Source of the DNA: an uncultured delta proteobacterium
GTDB taxonomy: Bacteria > Myxococcota > Myxococcia > Myxococcales > Anaeromyxobacteraceae
Length of the DNA stretch: 64,000 bases
Direction of reading: 5' to 3'
Assembly (NCBI GenBank): GCA_963766715.1
Contig: CAVYBH010000013.1
Location: forward strand, 192,001 to 256,000
Shown: one piece after another, positions 42,601 through 53,362 of the stretch
Position numbering within the stretch: position 1 is the first letter of the stretch
How the letters are laid out: every line of letters begins with the position of its first letter
Position numbers and translations under genes: made by a program
Notes under the pieces: generated by a model
The model's database searches: none
Told to the model about the DNA's origin: nothing
Seen by the model: the letters and a program-made list of their open reading frames with translations, nothing else

Positions 42601-43230
42601 ATGACCGCTGGAAAGCTCGTCGTCTTCGAAGGCATCTACGGCTCGGGGAAGCTCACCGTCGAGGTGGTCAACCGGCTGCGCGAGGCACTGGTGCGGCAGG
42701 GCCGCGAGGTCTACGAGATCGACAGCCCCGACACCGGCCGGGCTCGCGTGATGGGCGCGCAGGAGCTCGACACCAGCTGGCGCTACGGCGTCTTCGAGGC
42801 CGACTTCTTCTTCGAGCTGGCCTCCCGGGCGCGCGTCTGCTCGGTGGTTCGCGAGGAGCTGGCTCGCGGGAAGATCGTCCTCTGCAAGAACTTCTCGCTC
42901 GCCTCCGCCGTCCACGCCCGCCTCCAGGGGCACGACTGGGTCGGGGAGGAGCTGAACGTCCTGGAGAAGCGGGCGCGGGGGCTTCCCTTCGGCCGCGAGG
43001 TGGTTCCCGACCTCACCCTCTTCCTCGACGTCCGGCCCGAGGTCGCGGCCGGAGAGCTGGGGACGCGCCTCTCCGAGTTCTTCCCGGCCGGTACGCTGGC
43101 CCGCCAGCGGGACTTCTACCTGCAAGAGCTGTCCCGGCTCCCGGCCGATCGGGTGAAGATCATCGCCGCCGGCTCGGCGGACGGGGTCTTCGAGGAAGCC
43201 CTGCTCGCCATCCGGTCCCTCGCTCCGTAG
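42601..43230 (+). CDS. thymidylate-kinase-like P-loop protein (atypical)
   Basis: GKLVVFEGIYGSGK, ASRA, GKIVLC and PDLTLFLDV. Confidence 0.75.
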   Translation: MTAGKLVVFEGIYGSGKLTVEVVNRLREALVRQGREVYEIDSPDTGRARVMGAQELDTSWRYGVFEADFFFELASRARVCSVVREELARGKIVLCKNFSLASAVHARLQGHDWVGEELNVLEKRARGLPFGREVVPDLTLFLDVRPEVAAGELGTRLSEFFPAGTLARQRDFYLQELSRLPADRVKIIAAGSADGVFEEALLAIRSLAP

Positions 43231-43399
43231 ACGCGGCGGCCGTGCCCCTCGTTCCCGGGGCATCGACCCTGGGTCGAACGCGCATCCCCCTCACGAGCCT
43301 CGTCGCGCGGATGGACGGTCATCCGCGTGAACGCTAAGGTTTCGCCAGGCGTGCGGGGGCGCGCCCGACTCGTCGGCCGGCGCAAAGGGGACACCAACA

Positions 43400-44554
43400 G
43401 TGAATCTCTCGATGGCAGTCCTGGCCACGGCCCTCGCCGTCGCAGGAGACCCCGTCTACGTGGGGCTCGACCTCGAGTTCGGCCACCAGACCAGCACCTC
43501 GGCGGAGGCCGTGCAGCGCGGGGTGGAGCTGGCCATCGCGGAGGTGAACGCGGCAGGCGGGGTCCTCGGCGGGCGTCTCCTCCAGGCCGTCGTGCTGCCG
43601 AACCGGGCGGTGCCCGCGCGCGGCGTGGAGAACATCCGCGAGTTCGCCGCCCGCAAGGACGCCGTGGCCGTCTTCTGCGGGAAGTTCAGCCCGGTGGTCC
43701 TCGAGGAGCTGCCGATCCTGCACGAGCTCGAGATGCCGCTGCTGGATCCCTGGGCGGCCGCCGATGCCATCGTGGACAACGGCAAGCGTCCCAACTACGT
43801 CTTCCGCCTCTCCCTGCGGGATTCCTGGGCGATGCGGACCATGATGGCGTACGCCGCCTCCCGCGGCCTGGACCGGGTCGGCCTGCTCCTGCCCAACACG
43901 GGCTGGGGGCGGAGCAACGCCGCCGCGGCCGAGGCCTACCAGAAGGCCCACCCGACGCCGCGCATCGTCGCCACGCGCTGGTTCAACTGGGGCGTCGAGT
44001 CGCTCGCGGAGGACCACGAGGCCTTCCGGGCGGCTGGCGCGCAGGCCATCGTCTTCGTCACGAACGAGGCGCCCGGCGCGGTGCTCGTCCGCGAGACGGC
44101 GGCCATGCCCCCCGACAGGCGCCTGCCCATCATCGCCCATCACGGGATCGCCGGCGGCGACCTCGTCACCCTCTCCGGACCCGCGCTCTCCCAGGTCGAC
44201 CTCTCGGTGGTGCAGTTCTTCACCTTCGTGGGCAATGGCCGGCCCGAGGCGAAGGCCCTCCTCGCCGCGACCGAGAAGAGGTACGGGGTCCAGGACGCCG
44301 GGCACGTGCTCTCCGCCGGAGGCCTCGCCGCCGCCCACGACCTCACCCACCTGCTCGCACGCGCCGTGCAGAAGGCGGGGACCACCGACCGGCGCGCCGT
44401 GCGCAAGGCGCTGGAGGAGCTCGGCGAGTTCGACGGGGCCGTGAAGAAGCTGAGCCGCCCCTTCGCCCCCGATCGCCACGAGGCGCTCGGACCGGACGAC
44501 CTCTTCATGGCCCGCTTCACCTCCGATGGCGCGCTCGTCCGCATCGCCCCGTGA
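43400..44554 (+). CDS. periplasmic binding protein (LivJ-like, type I)
   Basis: GVELAIAEVNAAGGVLGR.L, WAAADAI, NYVFRLS and PFAPDRHEAL. Confidence 0.85.
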   Translation: MNLSMAVLATALAVAGDPVYVGLDLEFGHQTSTSAEAVQRGVELAIAEVNAAGGVLGGRLLQAVVLPNRAVPARGVENIREFAARKDAVAVFCGKFSPVVLEELPILHELEMPLLDPWAAADAIVDNGKRPNYVFRLSLRDSWAMRTMMAYAASRGLDRVGLLLPNTGWGRSNAAAAEAYQKAHPTPRIVATRWFNWGVESLAEDHEAFRAAGAQAIVFVTNEAPGAVLVRETAAMPPDRRLPIIAHHGIAGGDLVTLSGPALSQVDLSVVQFFTFVGNGRPEAKALLAATEKRYGVQDAGHVLSAGGLAAAHDLTHLLARAVQKAGTTDRRAVRKALEELGEFDGAVKKLSRPFAPDRHEALGPDDLFMARFTSDGALVRIAP

Positions 44555-44558
44555 TCCC

Positions 44559-46490
44559 TTGACCCTCCGCCCCTCATCGATCGTGGGCCGGCTCCGGAGG
44601 TGGCTCGGGGCCAGCGTGTACCGCCAGGTCGGGGTGTCGCTCGGGGCGACCACGCTGGCCTTCGCGCTCTTGGTGGACACGCTCTCCTTCGTCACCGCGC
44701 GCGGGCAGATCAACCGTTCGGTCGATCGCCTCCTGGACGCCCAGGTCCTCCACGAGACGGAGCGGATGTCGAACGCCCTCTCGTCCACCGTGGACGCGGT
44801 CGCGGTCCTCGGGCGCAGCCGCATGCTCTCGAACGCGCTCGTCGACTCCGAGGGCCGCCTGGTCTACGTGGCGCCATTCCTCCGCGACTTCGAGGCGGGC
44901 CGGACCAAGAAGCTGGCATTGACGCTTGGTGACTTCCGCGGCTCGCCCATCGCCACGACCCACGCCGACGGGAACGCGGGCTTCGTCGGGGCCCCGTGGC
45001 TCCCCGCGGTGGTCGACGCCGGGAAGCCACACGCCGAGATCACCGGTTCCCGGCAGGCGCCGGTCCTGCTCGTGGCCTGGCCGGTGCTCTTCCCGGAGAC
45101 CCGGACCACCGAGGGCGTCCTCGTCGCCGAGTTCGACGCCCGTTCCGTGCTCCGGCCGTCGCCGGGCGGCTCCCAGGCCCTCTCCCCGGTGCGGATCCGC
45201 GTGTCGGATGCCTCCGGCGCCGTCCTGTCCGAAGGAGGGGAGCCCGGCGCCTGGATCGGCATGCTCTCCCGGACGGCGCCCGTGCCGGTGCCCGACCTTC
45301 TCGTCCCGCTCGGGCTCCGCGTCGAGGTGGGCATCCCGAAGTCGGTGGCCTACGCACCGCTCCGGTCCCTCGCCTTCGTCTACCTGCTCGGCACCGTGGC
45401 GGTCGTGCTCGCCGCGCTGGGCGTGGCCCGCCTGGTGGCCGACCGGCTGACGCGGCCGGTCCGGCGCCTCTCCGCCGAGGCCTCCCGCGTGGCCGACAGT
45501 GCGCGGCTCGACGCCGGGGTCTCGGTGGAGGGCACCGACGAGGTCGCCCAGCTGGCGCGGGCGTTCAACGAGATGCTGCTGCGGCTGCAGCTCACGACCG
45601 AGTCCCGCCTCGCCGCGCTGCGGGAGCAGAACGCCGAGCTGGTGCGGGCCCACGCGGCCCAGAAGCGTCTCGAGGACGAGCTCCACCAGGCCCAGAAGCT
45701 CGAGGCGGTCGGCCGCCTGGCCGCCGGGATCGCCCACGAGATCAACACCCCCACGCAGTACATCGGCGACAACACCCGCTTCCTCGCCGACGCCGTCGAG
45801 TCGCTCTCGCGGATGCTCGACCGGCAGCGGCGCGAGCTCGACCGCGTCGCCTCGCTCGAGGTCCTCTCCCGTCTCGACGTGTTCGGCGAAGAGCTGGACC
45901 TGCCCTACGTGCGGGCCGAGACGCCCCGCACCGTGGCCCGCACGCTGGAGGGCGTCCGGCGCGTGGCCACCATCGTGCGCGCCATGCGCGAGTTCGCCCA
46001 CCCCGGGCAGGGAAATCCGGTGGCCTCGGACATCAACCGGTCCCTGGAGGCCACCCTCGACGTGGCGCGCAACGAGTACCGGTACGTGGCCGACGTCGAG
46101 ACCGAGCTCGGGCCCCTGCCGCTCGTCACCTGCCGACCCGGCGATCTGAACCAGGTCTTCCTCAACGTGATCGTGAACGCCGCGCACGCCATCTCGGACG
46201 TCGTCGGGGGAACCGGCAACCGCGGCCTCATCCGGGTGCGGACCGTCGCCGAGGGGGACGAGGTGGTCATCTCCATCACCGACACGGGCGCCGGGATCCC
46301 GCCCGACATCCAGGACAAGGTCTTCGAGCCCTTCTTCACGACCAAGGAGGTCGGGCGGGGCTCCGGCCAGGGGCTCGCCATCGCCCGGGGCATCGTGGAG
46401 AAGCACAGGGGCTCGATCACCTTCGATTCGACGCCCGGCAAGGGCACCACCTTCCACATCCGCATCCCGCCCCGGCGAGCCTCCGATCGA
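44559..46490 (+). CDS. membrane histidine kinase (periplasmic domain, HAMP; 3' end uncertain)
   Basis: Two TM segments, HAMP (LTRPVRRL...DEVAQLARAFNEML), AAGIAHEINTP, NVIVNAAHA, DTGAGI, FFTTK and GSGQGL. Confidence 0.9.
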
Positions 46491-47626
46491 GCGACCTGCC
46501 GCTCCGGAGCATCCTCCTCGTCGACGACGACCGGTCCGTGCTCGGTGGGCTCCAGCACGTCCTGCGCGCCGAGCGACAACGCCTGTCCGTGCGCGCCGCC
46601 GACGGTGCGGTCTCCGCCCTGGCCGCGATGGCCCGCGAGCCCGCCGACGTCATGGTGACGGACCTCCGGATGCCCGGGATGGACGGGCTGGACCTCCTCG
46701 AGCGGGTCATGTCCGAGTGGCCCGGCACGGCGCGAATCCTCCTCTCCGGGTGGGCCGACCTGGACACCATCATCCGGGCCGGCGCGGTGGCCCACCGCTA
46801 CCTGATCGAAGCCCTGCGAGGCCGAGTCGCTCCGCCGGGAGCTCGCCGACGTCTGCGAGGCCCAGGACCGGCTTCCCGATCCCCGCCTCCGCGCCGCGCT
46901 CGGCTCCATCGGGTCCCTGCCCGTCTCCCCGTCGACGGTCGCGGCCATGCTCGCCCTTCCGGACGACCCCGTCGCGAGGGCCCGGATCGTCGCCGAGGCC
47001 GTCGCCTCCGACGTCGCGCTGGCCGTCCGGGTGGTGCAGCTGGCGGGGTCCCCGTCCTTCGGGGCGCCCCACCCCGTCGCCGGCGTCCAGGAGGCGCTCC
47101 ACCTCCTCGGGCCCGGACCTGCTCCGCGCGGTCACGGCGACCCTCGAGCCGCTGGCCTCGGCGTCGGTGCTTCCCGGCGCCGCCGCGTCGCTGGAGGGGC
47201 TCGAGCATCACGCCCGCTCGACCGCCCGGGTGGCGCGGATCATCGCCCCGGATGGCGCGGCGGCCGACGAGATCGCGACTGCCGCGCTCCTGCACGACGC
47301 GGGGCGCCTGGCCCTCCTCACCCGCCTCCCGGGCCCCTATCTCGAGACCGTGCAGCTCGCGGCGCGGTCCGGGCAATCGCTCCCGGACGTCGAGCGGGAC
47401 GTGCTCGGCACGACCCATGCCCAGGTGGGCGCCTACCTCCTCGGATTGTGGGGCCTGCCCCGGCCCATCGTCGACGCGGTGGCCCGCCACCACGACGACT
47501 CCGCCCTCGAGGGGAGCGGCGAGGACGTCGCCGCCATCGTCGCCACAGCCAACCTGCTGGCACACCATGCCGAGGCCTCCGAACGGTCCGGCCGCGGGAA
47601 GTGCCTTCGCCCGGAGCTTCCGATGA
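46490..47626 (+). CDS. response regulator with HDOD domain (frameshifted; ends approximate)
   Basis: ILLVDDD, TDLRMPGMDG; LPVSP, ALLHDAGRL, THAQVGAYLLGLWGLP and VARHH. Confidence 0.8.
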   Translation, partial: SDLPLRSILLVDDDRSVLGGLQHVLRAERQRLSVRAADGAVSALAAMAREPADVMVTDLRMPGMDGLDLLERVMSEWPGTARILLSGWADLDTIIRAGAVAHRYLIEALRGRVAPPGARRRLRGPGPASRSPPPRRARLHRVPARLPVDGRGHARPSGRPRREGPDRRRGRRLRRRAGRPGGAAGGVPVLRGAPPRRRRPGGAPPPRARTCSARSRRPSSRWPRRRCFPAPPRRWRGSSITPARPPGWRGSSPRMARRPTRSRLPRSCTTRGAWPSSPASRAPISRPCSSRRGPGNRSRTSSGTCSARPMPRWAPTSSDCGACPGPSSTRWPATTTTPPSRGAARTSPPSSPQPTCWHTMPRPPNGPAAGSAFARSFR

Positions 47627-48773
47627 CCTCGATGGTCGACCTTCCGTCCTGTGCGTCGACGACGAACCGAACCTCCTCGCCGGCCTGGAGCACACGCTCC
47701 GCCGCCGGTTCCGGGTCACCACCGCGCCCGGAGGCGCCGAGGGGCTCCGCCTGCTCGACACGCCCCGCGCCTTCGACGTGATCATCTCCGACTACCGCAT
47801 GCCGGGGATGGACGGCGCCGAGTTCCTGCGTCGCTCCCGTGAGACCGCCCCCGAGGCCGTCCGGGTGCTCCTCACCGGTCACGCCTCCCTGGAGGGCGCC
47901 ATCGCGGCGGTGAACGAGGGGCACGTCTTCCGGTTCCTCATGAAGCCCTGCCCGCCCGAGGTCCTGGTGGGCGCGGTGGAGGCGGCCGCCGCCGAGGGGC
48001 GCGCGGTGGCCGCGGAGCGCCAGGGACTCAAGGAGGCCATCGCCGACCTCTCCGGCGAGCTGAAGGAGGCCTCCCGCCTCGCCACGGTCGGGCGGCTGGC
48101 GAGCTCCTTCGGGCACGAGATCAACAACATGGTCACCGTGCTCGACGGCACCATCGCCGGGCTCCGGGACACCGACGAGCGCGGTGCGCCGATTGACCCG
48201 GAGGACATGGCGGCGCTCGCCCACGTCCGGCGACACCTCTTCTCCCACGGCCGCAACCTCATGCGCCTGGGGAAGCCGGCGCCGGCGGCGGGAGGGAGCG
48301 CCGACCTGGGCCGGTGCGTGGCCGACGCCGTCTCGATGCTGCGGGACACCGGCCCGCTCCGCCGTCCCGAGGTGGTGCTCGAGCTGCCGCGCGAGCCGGT
48401 CCGGGTCGTGCTCGGGGAGACGCCGCTCGAGCAAATCCTGCTCAACCTCATCAAGAACGCCTCGGACGCGGTGCGCGGCGTCGCCGGGAGACCGGCGCAG
48501 ATCCGCGTGGCCGTGGCCGTGGACGCGGCGAGCGGGATGGCCTCCTGCACCGTCGAGGACAACGGGACCGGAATCCCGCCCGAGTCGATGGAGCGCATCT
48601 TCGAGCCGTTCCACACCACCAAGGAGCCCGGGAGCGGCACCGGACTGGGGCTCTTCGTGGTCCGGCACATCGTGGAGTCGTCCGGCGGCAAGGTGGCGGC
48701 CAGCAGCCAGGTGGGCGCGGGGAGCTCCTTCACCTTCAGCCTGCCAATCGACCAGGGAACCGACTCCGACTAG
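47601..48773 (+). CDS. receiver-histidine kinase hybrid (cytoplasmic)
   Basis: LCVDDE, ISDYRMPGMDG, KPC; GHEINN, NLIKNASDA, DNGTGI and GTGLGL. Confidence 0.88.
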   Translation: MPSPGASDDLDGRPSVLCVDDEPNLLAGLEHTLRRRFRVTTAPGGAEGLRLLDTPRAFDVIISDYRMPGMDGAEFLRRSRETAPEAVRVLLTGHASLEGAIAAVNEGHVFRFLMKPCPPEVLVGAVEAAAAEGRAVAAERQGLKEAIADLSGELKEASRLATVGRLASSFGHEINNMVTVLDGTIAGLRDTDERGAPIDPEDMAALAHVRRHLFSHGRNLMRLGKPAPAAGGSADLGRCVADAVSMLRDTGPLRRPEVVLELPREPVRVVLGETPLEQILLNLIKNASDAVRGVAGRPAQIRVAVAVDAASGMASCTVEDNGTGIPPESMERIFEPFHTTKEPGSGTGLGLFVVRHIVESSGGKVAASSQVGAGSSFTFSLPIDQGTDSD

Positions 48774-49189
48774 GGCCGCTCGCGGGCCCGGGCTTCGGCG
48801 GCTACGACGGCGGCTTCTGCGCAGAGGCCGGCGGCGTGTTGTCGGGGGCCTGCATCGCCGGGAGCGGACACCTGCGACGCCGTGCACTCGTAGTCGACGC
48901 GGATGCCGTACGGGGCACCGGCCGCGCCCGTGGGGTCGGCCATCGCGCCCGGCGTGGCGGGCGGGGGCCCGGAGTAGCCCCGGCTGTGCTCCTGGGACTG
49001 GCCCACCACCCGGTACTTTCCGTCGCAGTGGCTGCTCATGAGCTCCCGGGCGCGGTCCCAGGCCTTGTCGTTGTTGGCGGAGAGCATGATCGACCCACCG
49101 TCGGGGCGGGTGCCAATCCGTTCCGCGCGGCCGGGGGCTCCACACGCGGTGAGTGCGACGAGCGCGATCATTGCCGTCCTGGAGGTCAT
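48770..49189 (-). CDS. hypothetical lipoprotein
   Basis: Lipobox LTAC; ARELMSSHC.G.YRVV and IRVDYEC. Confidence 0.6.
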   Translation of the reverse strand: MTSRTAMIALVALTACGAPGRAERIGTRPDGGSIMLSANNDKAWDRARELMSSHCDGKYRVVGQSQEHSRGYSGPPPATPGAMADPTGAAGAPYGIRVDYECTASQVSAPGDAGPRQHAAGLCAEAAVVAAEARARERP

Positions 49190-49317
49190 TCCCGATCGGT
49201 AGCACGAGCCTGGGGGGGCGGCGAGAGAAGCATGGGGCGTTGCCGGCACCGCAATCGCCTGGGCGGCGGTTGCACCCGGGAGCGGCCCGGGCGCATCATC
49301 GCGACCCGGAGGACGCC

Positions 49318-50103
49318 ATGGACGCCACCACGCTCAACACCCACCTCGAGAAGCATCTTCGGGTCGCCACCTTCCCGCTGGGCATCCGGCCGCTTCGCCC
49401 CGGGGAGCCCTTCCCGGCGAAGGCCAGGCGGCCGCTGGCCCAGATGGGCGTGAAGGTCGCCATCTGCCAGGCCCTGGGACTCGCCCGCCGCTACGGCTGG
49501 ACCATGGGATTCTCCGGCGAGGACCTCTCCTGCCCCATCGCCAAGGCCGTCTTCGGCTTCGAGGAACGAAACGATTACTACACGTCCGGGACCCTCGCCG
49601 ACGGGATGTACGCCTCGTGCCGCGAGGCCGGCGCCCGCTTCGAGGACGCCCTCGCCAAGTACGAGGTCGGGGAGATCGCCGGCGTGGTCGCCGGGCCGCT
49701 CAACCGGATCGACTTCGAGCCCGAGACGGTCCTCGTGTACGGCAACTCCGCCCAGGTGCTGCGCCTGCTCAACGCCTGCCTCTTCGAGAAGGGGGGCGCG
49801 CTGCGGTCCGAGTTCTCCGGGCGCGGGGACTGCTCGGACATCATCATCCGCACCGGGAAGACCTCCGAGCCGCAGGTGATCCTGCCCTGCTACGGCGATC
49901 GGATCTTCGGAATGGCCGCCGACGACGAGATGGCCTTCACGTTCCCGTTCCGGATGGCCGAGCAGGTCGTGAAGGGGCTCGAGGGCACCCACGCGGGCGG
50001 CGTGCGCTACCCGGTGCCCATCTTCCTCCGCTACCAGGCCGACTTCCCCAAGAGCTACCAGGAGCTCGAGAAGCTCTGGCAGTCGGAGAAGCCCGGCTCG
50101 TAG
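49318..50103 (+). CDS. DUF169-like Cys-rich protein
   Basis: ICQAL..ARRYG, SCP, PETVLVYGNSAQ, DCSD and PCYGDR; GGAGG RBS. Confidence 0.8.
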   Translation: MDATTLNTHLEKHLRVATFPLGIRPLRPGEPFPAKARRPLAQMGVKVAICQALGLARRYGWTMGFSGEDLSCPIAKAVFGFEERNDYYTSGTLADGMYASCREAGARFEDALAKYEVGEIAGVVAGPLNRIDFEPETVLVYGNSAQVLRLLNACLFEKGGALRSEFSGRGDCSDIIIRTGKTSEPQVILPCYGDRIFGMAADDEMAFTFPFRMAEQVVKGLEGTHAGGVRYPVPIFLRYQADFPKSYQELEKLWQSEKPGS

Positions 50104-50109
50104 CGCGCG

Positions 50110-50661
50110 TCAGCGCTGGGGCGGGAACTTCTGGAGCTTGCGCTGCAGGGACCGGCGGTGGATCCCGAGCCGGCGGGACGCCTCCGAGACGTTGCCCTCG
50201 CAGTCGGTGAGCACGCGCTGGATGTGCTCCCACTCCGCGCGGGCGAGCGAGGGCGTGTCGATCTCGACGGGGGCCCGCGTCGCGCCCCGGCCCAGGAGCT
50301 CCGCCACGACCTCGTCGGCGTCGGCCGGCTTCGAGAGGTAGCCCACGGCCCCTCGGCGGGTGGCCTCGACCGCGGTGGCGATCGACCCGTAGCCGGTGAG
50401 CATGAGCACCCGGGTGGCGGGGTCGATGGCGCGCAGCGCCTCGAGGACCTCGATCCCCGACGGCCCGGGCATGCGCAGGTCGACCACGGCGTACTCGGGC
50501 GCATCCCGCCGGGCGATCTCGATGGCCTCTGCCCCGCCGGGCGCCGTCGTCACGTCGAAGCCGCGCTCCCGGAGCGCGCGTCCCAGCCGCTCCCGCAGCA
50601 CCTCGTCGTCGTCGACGAGCAGCAGGGTCAGCCCGCCGTCCTTCCCGCCTTCCTGGCTCAT
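50110..50661 (-). CDS. regA: RegA/PrrA/ActR family response regulator
   Basis: AVVDLRM, LTGYGSIATAV, KPADAD and SLARAEWEHIQRVL..CEGNVSEASRRLGIHRRSLQRKL. Confidence 0.93.
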   Translation of the reverse strand: MSQEGGKDGGLTLLLVDDDEVLRERLGRALRERGFDVTTAPGGAEAIEIARRDAPEYAVVDLRMPGPSGIEVLEALRAIDPATRVLMLTGYGSIATAVEATRRGAVGYLSKPADADEVVAELLGRGATRAPVEIDTPSLARAEWEHIQRVLTDCEGNVSEASRRLGIHRRSLQRKLQKFPPQR

Positions 50662-51960
50662 GCAGCCTCCTCGCGTCGGGGTGTCGAAGCCGGCAGGACG
50701 ATGCGGGCCGTCGTGCCCCGCCCGGGAGCCGATTCGAGCTCCAGCCTCCCGCCCAGCTGCTCGGCGAGGGTCCGGGCGATGTAGAGCCCGAGCCCGCTGC
50801 CCTGCCCCGTCTCCTTGGTGGTGAAGAAGGGCTCCCCGGCGCGCGCCAGCACGTCGGGCGCCATCCCGGGACCGTCGTCCTGGACCTCGACCGTCACGGT
50901 GGAGCCGGTCGCCCGGGCCCGCAGGTGCACCTTTCCGCGCTCCCCGCTCGCCTGCAGCGCGTTCTGCAGGAGGACGCGCAGGGCCCGCTCCAGGCCGTGG
51001 GCCGGTCCGCGAACCGACGCCTCCTTGCAGCCGACCTCCGTCTCGACCCGGCCCACCCCGGGAAGGCCGCCGAGCGCGGCCGCCACCCACCCCGCCACCG
51101 GGACCTCGACGATGGGCTCCCCGGCGTTCTCGCCGGCCCGCGCCGACATCTGCTGGAGGATCTCCTTGCAGCGGGACACCTGCGAGCGGATGAGCCCCAC
51201 GTCGGCCCGGGCCGACTCGGAGGCGCCCCGGCGCTGCATGTCCCGGTCGAGCTCCTTGGCGGCGATGGCGATGGCCGAGAGCGGCGTGGCCAGCTCGTGG
51301 GCGGCGCCCGCGGCGAGCGTGACGAGCGAGGCCAGCTTGGCCCGCTGCTCGGCGAGGCGCCGCTCCCGGGCCAGCTCCTCGTCGCGACGCGCCAGCGCCC
51401 GCGTCACCCGCTGCACGATGAGCACGATGACGAAGGCGGCGATCGCCACCGCCACGAGCATGCCGTAGAGGTGGACGCCCATCATCGCCTCGTGCTCCTG
51501 CACGCCGAAGGGCGCCCACTGCTGCAGGGGAAAGAGCGCGCCGAAGGCGAGGACGCTGAAGACCGCCTGGGTCCAGGACCAGCGAGGCGGCAGGAGGACC
51601 GCGGCCAGCGCCACGTTCACGATGTAGAGCGTGGAGAAGGGGTTGAAGTGCCCCCCGGAGAGGTGGAGGAGACCCGTCAGGATCGCCGTGTCGAAGAGCA
51701 TGACCCCGGCGAGGAAGCCGTCCGAGACGGTCGGGTCGGTGCGCAGCCAGGCCCGGAGCGCCAGGTTCCCGGCGATCGCGATGCCGACGAGCACCGCCAG
51801 GGGGGCGATCGGGCAGCTCCATCAGCCCCGCCACCTGGACCCCGACGATGGCCGCCGACTCCCCGAGGATGGCGATCCAGTGGAGCTTGACCAGCCAGTC
51901 GAGCTTGATGCGCCCCGGTTCGGCGACCAGGTCTGTGATCCGCTCGGCCAAGGCCCGCAT
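50658..51960 (-). CDS. regB: RegB/PrrB/ActS family redox sensor kinase (frameshift near 51810)
   Basis: GGHFNPF, AAGAAHELATPL, RCKEIL redox Cys, DDGPG and GSGLGL. Confidence 0.9.
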
Positions 51961-52045
51961 CTTGACAGAGGGTCGACCCGTTCAAAAGTGCGCTTCCGTC
52001 GCGCCCCCCTCTGGTATCGTCCCCCGTCCAGAGGAGGTTCACCGC

Positions 52046-53318
52046 GTGCGTACCGTCTCGGCGGCAGAAGCCGTCTCCGCCATCCAGTCCGGCAACCGGG
52101 TCTTCATCCACAGCGTCGCCGCCGCGCCCCGCCGCCTCATCGAGGCCATGACGGCGCGCGCCGGGGAGCTGCGGGTGGTGGAGATCGTCCAGCTCCACAC
52201 CGAGGGGGAAGCCCCCTACGCCGCGCCGGAGATGGCCCGGAGCTTCCGGGTGAACTCGGTCTTCGTCGGCCCGAACATCCGCGACGCCATCCAGGACGGC
52301 CGCGCCGACTACCTGCCCGTCTTCCTCTCCGAGGTGCCCAAGCTCTTCCGGACCGGGCTGCTCCCCCTCGACGTGGCCCTCGTCCAGGTCTCGCCTCCGG
52401 ACCGGCACGGCTTCTGCTCGCTCGGCGTCTCGGTCGACGCCACCCGCGCCGCCGTCCAGACCGCGCGCACGGTGATCGCCCAGGTGAACCGCAACATGCC
52501 CCGCACGCACGGGGACGGGCTCATCCACCTCGACGACATCGACTTCGGCGTCCTCGGCGACGACCCGATCCCGGAGCTCCGCCACCCGCCCATGTCCGAG
52601 GTGGACCGGGCGGTCGGGCAGCACTGCGCCGAGCTGGTCGAGGACGGCGCCACCCTCCAGATCGGCATCGGCACCATCCCCGACGCCACGCTGGCCGCCC
52701 TGGGCGGCCATCACCGGCTCGGCATCCACACCGAGATGCTGTCCGACGGCGTGGTCGACCTCGTCGAGAAGGGCGTGGTCACGGGAGAGCTGAAGCGGGT
52801 TCACCCGGGCAAGATCGTGGCCGGCTTCGCGCTGGGCACGCGCCGGCTCTACGACTTCATGGACGACAACCCGCTCGTCCAGATGCTCGACATCGCCTAC
52901 GTGAACGACCCCACGGTCATCCGGCGCAACCCGCGCGTCACCGCCATCAACGGCGCGCTCGAGGTGGACATCACCGGGCAGGTCTGCGCCGACTCGATCG
53001 GCGAGCGGCTCTACTCCGGCGTGGGCGGCCAGATGGACTTCATCCGCGCCGCGGCCCTGTCCGAGGGCGGCAAGCCCATCATCGCGCTCCCTTCGGTGAC
53101 CACGAGCGGCGAGTCGCGGGTGGTCTCGCAGCTGAAGCCCGGCGCCGGCGTCGTCACCACCCGCGCACACGTGCACTTCGTCGTCACCGAGCACGGCATC
53201 GCCGACCTCTTCGGCAAGAACCTCCGCCAGCGCGCCGAGGCGCTCATCGCCGTGGCCGATCCCGCGCCACCGCGACGCCCTCTCGGCCGAGGCCCGGCGC
53301 CGCTTCGGGAGCTGGTAG
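52046..53318 (+). CDS. acetyl-CoA hydrolase / 4-hydroxybutyrate CoA-transferase family (frameshift near 53265)
   Basis: SPPDRHGFCSLG, LQIGIG, GIHTEM, SGVGGQMDF and VVTEHG. Confidence 0.92.
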
Positions 53319-53362
53319 CCTCGGTGCGCGGGCGGCCAGCGAGCCGCGCCGCGGCTGCCCGA

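Noticed and set aside
50110..51960. Apparent RegB-RegA fusion ORF (616 aa)
   Set aside because: The middle part is off-frame junk; RegB continues in ORF 50658-51794 after an indel.
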